DNA of 63,958 bases, filler included, from Craspedostauros australis (Eukaryota): assembly GCA_030167865.1 (NCBI GenBank). It is 8 parts of 8 records of this genome, joined end to end, with 100 filler letters (N's around TTAATTAATTAA, not from the genome) between each part and the next. Parts side by side here need not be neighbours in the genome. Positions count along the whole stretch, not along the records: positions 27,143 to 40,186 come from JALAGF010004764.1; positions 40,287 to 44,116 come from JALAGF010004765.1; positions 44,217 to 55,606 come from JALAGF010004768.1; 5 more parts are not named here. One strand, written 5' to 3'. The translations under genes and the position numbers were made by a program. The notes beneath the pieces were generated by a model. The model was given only the letters and a program-made list of their open reading frames with translations, searched no databases and was not told the DNA's origin. This document shows, piece by piece, positions 34,001-44,499 of this stretch (positions are counted from its first letter, which is position 1; each line of letters opens with the position of its first letter).

Positions 34001-37000
34001 ATGTCTCCACTTCTCGTGGCTTCGTTCTTGTTGGGGATATCCTCCGCACCAGTCGCTTTGCGATCCACATGCTCTTTTTGGAGCTCTAACAGCTGCTCAG
34101 TTGCTCTCTGAGCCGCACGCCTCTCCTCACGCTCCATCCTCAACATCTCAAGCTCCTCCAGATCCTCATCGGCGAGATCCTCTCCTTCTCTCCGTCGTTG
34201 AAACAGATCAACTTCGTACAGTTCGTCTTCGTCGAGATCTTCGTCTCGGAGGTGCTTCAGGATGAGCTGAGCTTCGTAGAGTGCATCATGATCGATGTCA
34301 TGTCCGTCGCTGAGTTGTTGTTTGAGTGTGGTGATCTCCTTGAGGATGTCGCTTTCTTGGTGAGTGTCGGTTGACAGAAGTGAGTTATCGTCTTCAGGTT
34401 GTTGACTGTTGGGCGACATTGGACTGTTCAGTGCGTCTGATGCAGCGCTTGGCGATGCGTTCGTGTTGTGCGATTGGCGCGACGAGAGGGACACATCATC
34501 GTCGAATGGTTGCTCTGAGCTCAGTTGATCTCCCTGGACATTTTTCTGATCTATGGCCTGAGCCTGAGAAGGATCCCCATGCTCGGAATCTTTGCCATCG
34601 ATCGTTTTCGTCTGAATCCCGTTCTGAGCACGGGTAGCACTGAGACTGTTGCTGCTGCTACTGCATTCATCACTCGCTGGTTCTTCGCGAGTGAAACGCG
34701 CTTCGCCTTCTTCTTCCTCCTCTATCTCCGATGGGCCACTGGTGTCGCTTGGTCTGTCTGCCTCCGATACTTCCGATGGCTGTTCTGATGTGGTCGCTGC
34801 ATCAACATCGGTTGCAGGCTCAGCAGAACCATCGGGCTTGCTTGCTACGTTCGTGGGTTGATCCTCGCCTGGCTCGGCCGAAGCATTCGCGTCTTCAGCG
34901 TGCTCTGATGGACGATCGTTTCCGTCACGGTCGCTTTTTGCAAATTGGTTACCCTCCTCATTATTCGCATGCGCAATCGTGTCCTGGATTTCACTGCTGT
35001 CGTTGCTTGGCCCTGATTTCCTGTCGTCGTCGGATATGACGGAATCTGACGGTCGGTCAAAGCCGCCAAATTCACCGACGTCATCAAAACCATTTGCACT
35101 CATTCCATCTTTTTGCTGGTCGATTTCGTTGGTGTCTACAGAGTTCTGTGGTTGACTTTTCGCGTGTTGGTTCTTTGTTGTTTCTCGGTTGTGTCCTTCA
35201 CCATCTCTGCTCAAGGAGTTTGTGGCAGATTCATCATCGTTTCCAGCTTGACTTTCGCTGAACCCGTTGTCGCTGTTCGAAAGCAACGCTTGTTTCGCGC
35301 CAACAACATTTTCCTCAGTGTGCGAATCGCCCCCTTCAGTTCCGCGTCCAGAACTCTCGTTTGGGTATTGCTGCGACGCTCGAGCTTCTCGCAACTCATC
35401 CAAATCATCGAGGTCATCGTCATCGAGCTCTTCGCCTTGTTGTCTCCTCTCAAAACAGTCCAGTTCGAACATCTCATCATCAGTCAGATCTTCCCCGGAA
35501 TCGGCACGTTCAAAGAGCTCAAGCTCATACAACAGCTCCGCATCGTATGACTCTCCTCGATCACGACGACGTCTGAGCTCCTCAAGCTCTCCCACCTCTT
35601 CCGTATTGATTGCATCTTCACCGCCATTGCTATCCCTGTCTCCCTCTTCATCAGCGTCTTCAACATTGACGCTGTCGCTGGTATTGACATCGCTGCCTTC
35701 GTCAGCTTGCCCATTTCCATCCTCATTCTCATCGACATCAACATCAGTCTCCTCGCGGGTAGAAGCAAGCCCGCGGCGCTCCTCTCTCAGCATGTCAAGC
35801 TCATCCAGCTCATCGTCTTGCAGCTCCTCGCCCAACAGGCGACGCTCGAACAGCACAACCTCGTACTCCTCATCCTCGTTCAACTCCTCGCCTGCCCGGC
35901 GCTTCTCGAACAGCTCCAGCTCGTACAAACGATCTTCATCCATACTCTCGCCTGCATCCTGCATCTTGTGCAAGTCCGTGAGCTGATTCTGTGTGAGCAC
36001 ATCGAATTTAGATCTTGTGAAGTGATCGAGTTCATCCAGGTCTTCGTCAGTGAGATCGTCTCCGTTGTGCTTCTTGTGGATGATATCGAGGATGATGAGG
36101 TCGTCTTCGTGCATGTCGTTGCCGTTGTGATCGTCTTCGAGTAGCTCGAGTTCGAAAAGATCGGGGAGGTTGATGTTGTGACCTTGTTGCTGTTGTGATC
36201 TGAGATCCTTGAGTGTGTTGATCCATTCTGGAGTAACCGCGCCTGTTTCGGCATGGGCAATGTCATCTGCAGCGTCATCTGCATCATCGTTGGTTTCGTC
36301 ATGACTGTGAGCTTGCGTGGTCGTTGTATCGGGCTTGTCATTGATGTCGATATCATGATCCGTCGTCTCTTCTGCCATTTCCTCCTGGATCGATGTTGGA
36401 GGAATGGAATCGGATTCGTGCCCGAGAGCATCATCGTTGTTTTCGTCCGTGGCGACATCTCGAACTGCAGTGGGAGCGAGATCCTCGAAGCAGCCAACGA
36501 TATCTACATTGGGCATGTCTGATTGCTCGGCATCGCTGTCGTGATGGCTATTTCTATCCATGCTGCTGGCGTTGATGTTGACGATGTTGTCATTTTCATC
36601 AACTTCATCATCTTCATCATCTTCACCATCACCATCAGTGCTGCTGTCTTGATTGCTGGTGCCGTTTTTATCATCGGCTTCCTCCAGCACTTTCGCAACG
36701 GTGCCTTCATGTGAACTATCGCCGGGAACGTTGATGAGATATGTGTTGGATTCTTCGGATTGGGTGGCATCGCCATCGGTTTTGCCATTTCCGTCGTCGC
36801 TGCCGTCGTCGATGAGTTTGCCGCTGATCGCAGAAGGGACGTCCTCAGGTGTAGGATCACCGGCTGAATCCACAGATGCGTCTTGGGCAGAATCGAAGCC
36901 TCGTTCATTTTTGTTGTCAGCGCTGGCATCCATGGTTTCAAAGCTATGTTCACTTTCACTGCCGACATCGACATCGACAGCGTTCGTGTTCGTTTCTGCT

Positions 37001-40000
37001 GCGATATTCTCCTCGATGGTATCGTTGCGAAGGTCAGCAGCTCCGTTGCTGGAAAGACTGCGCTGGCTGTCATCCTTGGTACCGATGATGATATCTCCGC
37101 CGACGCTGTCGACTTCGCTACCATTGATGTCGGTGCCAACCTCCAGGGTTTCAGCAGTCGCATCGTGAGATGTGAGAGTTCTGTCATGCTTTGTGCTCGC
37201 CCCGTCGGGCTTGAGACTGTTCCAGGCGTCCTCATCAACACTGCCAATGCTATTGGCTTCACCTTTCGCGGGAGCCATGAGCAGATCTGGAGCGAAAGAT
37301 TGCGAAACTCCTGCATTGTCATCACTTGACGTCGCGCTGCAAGAATCATCTTCCCTCTTGTTCGGAGTATCGATGGCATTCGCGGCTGGAATGGGACTGT
37401 CCAAGGCTTGTTCTGCACTGCTGTAAGTGCTACCAGAACTGGCAGTGCTATTACCAAGCTCACTGTTGTTGTCGGAATCGTGAACATCGTCGCTTCCGTT
37501 CGTGACGGCACCAACGGGTGTGTGAGCCGAACGTTCGATGAAGTCGCCGTTGGAGTCGGCAGATTCGTCCTCAGGATGATTACTCGTACCAGTGCTGGAA
37601 TTGCTCTCTACGTCGTTTCCATCATTGCCTTTGTCACTGATCTCATCGTCACCATAGTCATTGCCGTTGATGGGATCTATCACGATTTTCGATGCGACAG
37701 CTTCCGGAACCTCGATGGTTTGATTCACGCAGGCATCAGTTTCGCTGATATTCTCGCCGTCTTTAATGGGATTGTTGTCGATTTCACGGTCGTCCTGATT
37801 AGCAGCACTCTGGACGGAACTGACTTCACCATTGGTAAGATTTGGGTCGCGATCGAACGTGGGAGTGGCAGCGTTTTCGATGCCTTCCGTACTGATTGCA
37901 TCAGCTTCTTTATCACTGCAGCTGTTGTTTGAAGTGCTGTCTCCAGGAGCGTTGCCTTCGGCGGTACCGTTCGTCTCAGGCCTGGCACCGAAGTCCTTGA
38001 AGGCTCCGAAGTCTTCTTTCTCTTGATGCGGATGGGATTCGGGGCTGTTGCTGTCTTGAGCCGCGTTCTCGCCATCTATGGTGGCATTGGTTGGCTCAGG
38101 AGCATCGCCGAAATCTTTGAAAGCCCCGAACGCTTCAACTTCACGTGGATTGGATCCGGTGGTGCTGGTCTTCATATCGCTGTCTTCAGGAGAATTGTCA
38201 TCACAGTGGACGCTTGTCTCAGTTCTGCCACCAAAATCTTGGAACGTCCCGAATGCGCTGAAGGCCTCACTGTCGTCTGGATTTGAGTTGGTGCTGTCGC
38301 GGACGTCCAATGCATCCGCGTCGTCGATCGTTGCAGCTGTTTCTGGAACATCATCGAAATCCTCGAAAGCTTCGGATGCTTCACCTTCAGGTTGGCTGGA
38401 TTCGGCGGTGCTCTTCTCTGTGTTGCTATCTTCTGACCCATGATCGTTGTCCGTGGTACTGGTGTTTGCAACATCAGCGTCGGCGAAATCTTCGAAGGAA
38501 CCGAATGCTTCACGTTGAGGTGGATTGGAGCCGATGCTGCTGTGGCTGCTGTTTCCATTTCCTAAGTTGTCTTCAAAGGTACCGGAGATGGCGTCATCAA
38601 TCGCAGTGATGGTTTCGGGAACAACATCGAAATCGTCGAATGCTCCCAACGCGCCGAATGTTTCACTGTCGCCCGGATCACCCGGATTGGAATCGGTAAT
38701 GTTGCGGCTGTCAGAGACATCGGCGTTGTCGACGGCAGTGACGTTTGCGACATGAGCGTCACCGAAATTGCCGAAGGCTCCAATCACTTCACCTTCATGC
38801 GGGTTGGAATCCTCGCTGCTGCTAACGTCGCTGTTTGCGATGTTGGCTTCGTGGGTGTCGTCATTGGTGATGTTTGTTGCAGGAACATGACCGAGGTCTT
38901 CGACCGCTTTGGATGTTTCAACTTGACGCTGATCGGGCGTGCTTGTAGCGCTGCTACTGCTGCCGCTTTCGTTTGCAACCGTGTCCTCACGAATGACATC
39001 AGTGATGATGTCTGTCCCGGGACTTTCATCGAAATCTTCGAAGGCTCCGAATGATTCACCTTCGTATCCTTCACGTTGTTGGAAGTCGCCGGCATCACTT
39101 CTGCTTGCGCCTTCGTCAACAAGAGCATCATTGATGGGAGCTGGAGTTGCCTCAAGAGAATCGCCGAAATCCTCGGAGGCTCCGGATGCGTCGCCTTCGC
39201 GAGAATCTGAGTCAACGCCGCAAATATCATTTCTGTGGTTGTCAAAAGTCTCCTGAGAGGCGTTGGCATCGGTGACGGATGTGTATGTGTCAGGATCGCG
39301 TCCAAAATCATCGAACGCTCCGTCGGCTTCGCTGTCGATTGGATTGGAATTTGTGCTGCTGTTACGTGAATTGTTGTCTGCAGAGCTGCCGTCATCACTC
39401 TCGTTGCGGCCACTGTCGTCGCTGTCTGTGGCTGGGGTAGTGTCAGGATTGTCATCAAATGCAGCAAACGCTCCGGATGGTTCGGTTTCATGAGCATCGG
39501 CATCGGCGCCGATGTCGCTGGTGCCACTGTCACCATTGATGTTGCGATGGATCTTGGTTCCCGTGATACCAAGACCGGAATGATTATGGGAATCATCATA
39601 AGTCTGGGATGCATTGCTCTCAGAGTCTTCCTCGACGATGCCATCAATTTCATCAACAGGTGCCTCGATTGATCCACCATGACTGCTGTCATCTGGGTCG
39701 CACTTTCGTCCATCATCCACACCCTCACGCATATCCAAATCCATATCCATATCTATGTCCGCATCCGCATCCACGCCGCCACTATCCGTCCCTTCGTCAA
39801 TGCTAACGCCATCTACATGGCTGCTACCATCGAATCCTTCACCATCACTCGAGGCATCATCGATCCCGTCGACCAGATCGCGAGCTTCATCTGTTTCCAA
39901 TGCTTGCTTTGCTGTAGCCTCCAACAGCTGCTCAGTTGCTCTCTGAGCCGCACGCCTCTCCTCACGCTCCATCCTCAACATCTCAAGCTCCTCCAGATCC

Positions 40001-40186
40001 TCATCGGCGAGATCCTCGCCTTCTCTCCGTCGTTGAAACAGATCAACTTCGTACAGTTCGTCTTCGTCGAGATCGTCGTCTCGGAGGTGCTTCAGGATGA
40101 GCTGAGCTTCGTAGAGCGCATCATGATCGATGTCATGTCCGTCGCTGAGTTGTTGTTTGAGTGTGGTGATCTCCTCGAGGATGTCG
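28045..40186 (-). CDS. Giant (>4040 aa, 5'-partial) acidic low-complexity protein with 20-aa helical repeats and FGxF motifs
   Basis: The 3978-aa ORF stays open upstream to the gap (DILEEITTLKQQL.. from 40185). It has internal repeat modules and a K/S-rich, coiled-coil C-terminal part. Confidence 0.9.
31680..40186 (-). repeat. Intragenic repeat modules. A (~150 aa): ~35776-36232, ~33466-33922, ~31910-32368. B (~85 aa): ~39920-40186, ~34085-34350, ~32570-32820. C (~65 aa): ~35385-35590, ~31680-31890
   Basis: Near-identical DNA and protein copies, e.g. W(I/L)NTLKDLR..GHNINLPDLFELELLEDDH x3 and LYEAQLILKHLR..LEMLRMEREERRAAQRATEQLLE x2 plus one diverged copy. Confidence 0.95.
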
Positions 40187-40286
40187 NNNNNNNNNNNNNN
40201 NNNNNNNNNNNNNNNNNNNNNNNNNNNNNNTTAATTAATTAANNNNNNNNNNNNNNNNNNNNNNNNNNNNNNNNNNNNNNNNNNNN

Positions 40287-41188
40287 CCGTTGCAAGACAA
40301 ATCAGCGATCGTGTCATAGTTGGTACTGCACGCAGAGTAGCCGTTGCAGGTGCTCTCGCCCAGACTCCCGTAGTTGAACGTGCAGGCGTAGACACCGTTG
40401 CAAGAATCCAGCGGAATGGATACATTCGTAAAAAAGCAGGCGCTGTTGCCATTGCAGGAGTTGGGGGCAATCTGGATTGGCGTTGTTATGTGTTCTTGGA
40501 AGTTGCATGCGTCGTATCCGTTGCAAGAGTACGGGCAAACGGTGACGGTCTGGTTGTCGGTCCATACGCATGCTGGTCCGCTAGCATCGACGGGTGCCTC
40601 GCAGCATTCGGCGCCGGCGGCTGCACAGCTCGCGGCGACTTCTGCCACCGTTCCCGTGAAGCATGAATCGAAGTCCTTGAAGGATTTGAGGGACTTGAGC
40701 GATTTGGAAGATTTGGAGGATTTCGACGACTTCGATGATTTGAGTTGACGGGCACCTTCAGAGTGTGCTTCGATCTCCTTCTGACGACGAGCCAACTGAA
40801 CGGGATCCTGTGACACGCTGTCATCACCGTTGCCAGCGACGCTTCCGAGACGACCGAGATCGGTGTATTTGTTGTTGCTGGTAGCGGCGCTGTCGCTGGT
40901 GGAGGAAGATGCACGTGGATGCCGGACGTTGCTTCCCTTGGTGCTGCTCTGCGGCTTGGCAATGGCACCATCAGTCTTTTCCAAGGACCTGGCGGAAGGG
41001 AACGTACCAAGTCCGTCTCGGAGCCCAGCTTTTGCGTTGGCAATCCTCTGTTTGCGCGCCACGCGCCTCTCCTCGTGGTTGTCGATGCTTGGAGCGGCGC
41101 CGTTCGTACCACTCATCGATTCGACGCCGTTGGCCATGAGGCTCTGGCCGATGACCAGGGCGAGGAGTTCCTTCTTCATGGTTGGCAT
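40287..41188 (-). CDS. Secreted protein with RXL sites, Lys/Ser repeat and SCNGxxAC repeats (3'-partial); candidate cell-wall protein
   Basis: Leader MPTMKKELLALVIGQSLMANGVES. ARQL-KSSKSSKSSKSSKSLKSLKSFK. Repeats SCNGYDAC, SCNGNSAC, SCNGVYAC, TCNGYSAC, SCN.. run into the gap. Confidence 0.8.
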
Positions 41189-42879
41189 GGTTGTGAGTTG
41201 CTTCGTCTTTTCAGTTTCTCGGAATTGTGACCCTTGCGTCGCCTTTTGGTGAAAGCGATCAGTTGTGATCTTTGCTGTTGTTGGATCTGCCTCAGCAACA
41301 TTCACACTGTCCGACACAGATGAGTGTGATACTGGGCGACATGCAATGGTTGGCACCCTCGAGGATCACTCATGGCACGCGACGGAACCTTGTATCATGC
41401 GTTCCTGTTGGTGGTGACCACACTCCATCGCCTTGTGAAGCTCTGGATGTGGTGACCAGCAACAAATTTGTGTGACTCGAAGTCGGATCCAAAGTTTCCC
41501 CCAACCACGAACAGTAATTGGTTTGCGGACGCAACCGTTGCTGGCGTTCGACACACGAAGAGGTCTTTCCAAGTTGTTCGATGTGGCTTCTGTCGCATTG
41601 AGCGCGAGGCGACCACAACAGATGTCTGAAGCAGAGACGACAATCCCCACGAAATCCAATCGACGAAAAAATGGCTTCGCCACAATAATCCTCGTTCGGC
41701 GACGACGGCAGCAACACGTACGAGTAGAGGAATGGCATGAGACCACGGACTGGACGATCGCCAGGGACCCACCGCCGCAACGAGCGATGCATGGTGGGGT
41801 ATAGTAGTTGTTCTGTGATGAAGAGTTGGCGAGGTCGGCACCCTCAAAGCGTCTTTTGTGTTGTCGAGAACTGCCATGTTGACGTCGTCATCGTGTGCGT
41901 AGACTGAACCCACACAGCGATTTCTTTGTTGCCATCCATTGTGAATATCATGATCTCGGCACGGCAACTTATTCCAAGACAGTTGCCCCCAACTACCGAT
42001 GAGCGAGGAAGCTGCTCATCTTTCGGCTCTGCTCTTATGCCAGCAAGGCTACCAACTTCAATCGCGAAGACAGCTCGAGATTGGGCTCGTGGAAAACATC
42101 GTCAGGCGACACACGGCTTTTTGAGATGATGTCTGCTTGCCAAATCATTCTGATGCCTGTCATTTTTCCTTCGATTGTGCTTTCTTGCTGCATCCATCGA
42201 CTTGCATTCCGTCAACCTTTCAGGAAAGTACTCGATTCGATGGTGTGGCAGAGCACTCTCGCACAACTCACGAACGAAGCTACGCCGACATCCAATGCAG
42301 ACTTGCGACACAAGTCGAATCGCAAGATGGACGGTTGGATTTGGATTGAAAGTGTGCAACTCTGTTCTTCAACAAAGGGAGGAAGTTGGGGAGTGGTCAA
42401 GATCCATGAATGGGATAGCCTTGCTCCGTCCATGCGCCATGTGCTCTGCTTTGACAAATCGCGGTAGAGCCGCGAGATAACATCGTTGGTCCGCACGATG
42501 CTACGTTGTGCGTCAGTTCTGTGAGAGTTCAGCATGCGTCGGTTCATGTATTGTGGCATGTCGATACACGTGCCATAGTGATTGCTAGGTGTCGCAGCGC
42601 ACTGAAGGCAGAGAAGAGAATTGGGTCGTACTACTATCAGTATCGTACACTTGTGATAGTTGTTTGATTGATTGGTTGAAGGATTGATTGAAAAAGAAAA
42701 AAGGTTAAATTTAGTCTCTGTATTGGTGGGTGCGGGTGTATTGGAATGCAAGCATCTCTCATCGGATCAATATCACTGCTTCATGATCAAGCAGCGATGC
42801 ATAATCCGCTTGGCTNNNNNNNNNNNNNNNNNNNNNNNNNNNNNNNNNNNNNNNNNNNNNNNNNNNNNNATCAAACCAT

Positions 42880-43509
42880 TTAGGCGGTGAAGTGCTCAAT
42901 GATTCCCTTTCCATCGACAAGCTCCTGGGCGATGAAACCAGCGGCGGCGAGCATGGCAAGACGTCCGTTCTGGAGCTCCTTGGTCTGCATGATGGCGAGC
43001 TCCTCTGGGTCCTCTGGCTTGAGGCCAAGTGGATCGAAGCCGATGTCACCTGGAGTGTAGTTCTCACGCATGAGTCCAGCCTGGTCGACTGGGACGGCCT
43101 GTGGCTCAACGAAGCCCATCTCGGCACGGCGGGTCTCNGCNGCGCCGATTCCNACAGTGAGGAGGACCCAGAAGAGGGCTGGNACCTGGGAGAGGTGGGT
43201 GATGCCTGGTCCACTGATCTGGGAATCGAAGAGGAAGGAAGATCCCTCAACCTTCTCTCCGACGAGGAATCCAATGACGGCGAGCATGGAGACGCGTCCG
43301 TGGGTGAGCTCGGCCTCGCGGTAACGCTTGAGGGTGTTGGCATCGGCCTTNNNNNNNNNNNNNNNNNNNNNNNNNNNNNNNNNNNNNNNNNNNNNNNNNN
43401 NNNNNNNNNNNNNNNNNNNNNNNNNNGATCCGGAGGTGGACTGCTGGATTGGAGCGAAGGCGGCGGCGGAACCGGCGAGGGCAGCGATGAGGGTGGCAGT
43501 GAACTTCAT
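42880..43509 (-). CDS. LHCX: Lhcx (LI818-like) fucoxanthin-chlorophyll a/c photoprotective antenna protein
   Basis: Leader GSAAA-FAP. TLKRYREAELTHGRVSMLA..VEGSSFLFD..PGDIGFDPLGLKP..QTKELQNGRLAMLAAAGFIAQELV. Internal N gap. Confidence 0.95.
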   Translation of the reverse strand: MKFTATLIAALAGSAAAFAPIQQSTSGXXXXXXXXXXXXXXXXXXXXXXXXXXKADANTLKRYREAELTHGRVSMLAVIGFLVGEKVEGSSFLFDSQISGPGITHLSQXPALFWVLLTXGIGXXETRRAEMGFVEPQAVPVDQAGLMRENYTPGDIGFDPLGLKPEDPEELAIMQTKELQNGRLAMLAAAGFIAQELVDGKGIIEHFTA

Positions 43510-44380
43510 GGTTGTTGTTGGGTGTGGGTTGTGGGTTGTGGGTTGGATTGATTGATTGATCGAGTGTTGGTCAAGTATTTGATTTTATGAGAGGATGGAG
43601 GTGAGAAGTGGATGTTTGGGTTGGAGTGTTGCGCTGTGCTGTCGTGTGTTTCCTGTTTGATGCGGTGAGGTTGCACGGAGTTGGTACATGTTCACACCAT
43701 CAACAACACGCACCAACGTACAACAACACCACACATCAGAGATGGAGACATCGAATGACTGCGAATCATCACGTGAACCATTTCCGTTTCGCATTCATTT
43801 CGACTCCGCATCCGTTTTGTTTCGTTTGGAATCTTCTGACATGGGAAAGTGAGATGATGTGTGCGACGGAGTCAGCAGAGGAATTGGGTGGATGGGACGA
43901 TGACGTGGGTCATTGGCAATGTGTGAAGTTTGATTGGAGAAGTTTGCGTCGACGTTTCCTCTCTTCTGGTTTGTGATTGGTCAGTACAGCTCAGTAGCGC
44001 ACTTGTCAGATTTATGGACAGGAACAACACAGGGTTCGCCGTGCTCATTCATGTTCGCAACAACAGAGATCCACAAACAGGTGGGAAATACTGACAACAG
44101 AAAACACACCCATCAANNNNNNNNNNNNNNNNNNNNNNNNNNNNNNNNNNNNNNNNNNNNTTAATTAATTAANNNNNNNNNNNNNNNNNNNNNNNNNNNN
44201 NNNNNNNNNNNNNNNNAGATTTCGCGCCAAAACAGGAATTTCTCCCATCGGGTTGATACCGTGTTCGGTACTAGTCTGTCCCTCATTGAATCTCAACTAC
44301 ATTGAATGATTTTTTCGGCGAGTATTCGAGTGGGTCAGAACATTTTTCGCTCCGTGTTAATTCTCCGCGTTGAGTTTATT

Positions 44381-44466
44381 TTTTGCACCCTGACGCAACA
44401 AATTGAGAATCTTTGGGTGACTTGCATCAGGATGCAAAAAATGGGCGTTTTTGCACCCTGACGCAA
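44381..44466. repeat. 18-bp motif in direct/inverted/direct arrangement, possibly a DNA-transposon subterminal repeat
   Basis: ttttgcaccctgacgcaa at 44381-44398 and 44449-44466. Reverse complement with 2 mismatches (ttgcatcaggatgcaaaa) at 44422-44439. Confidence 0.85.
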
Positions 44467-44499
44467 AAAAAATTCTCCATGGATAGGAGGTTCCCTTCA

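Noticed and set aside
43138..43427. Ns within Lhcx as a sign of pseudogenisation
   Set aside because: The frame and motifs are intact. Ambiguities more likely reflect collapsed alleles or paralogs.
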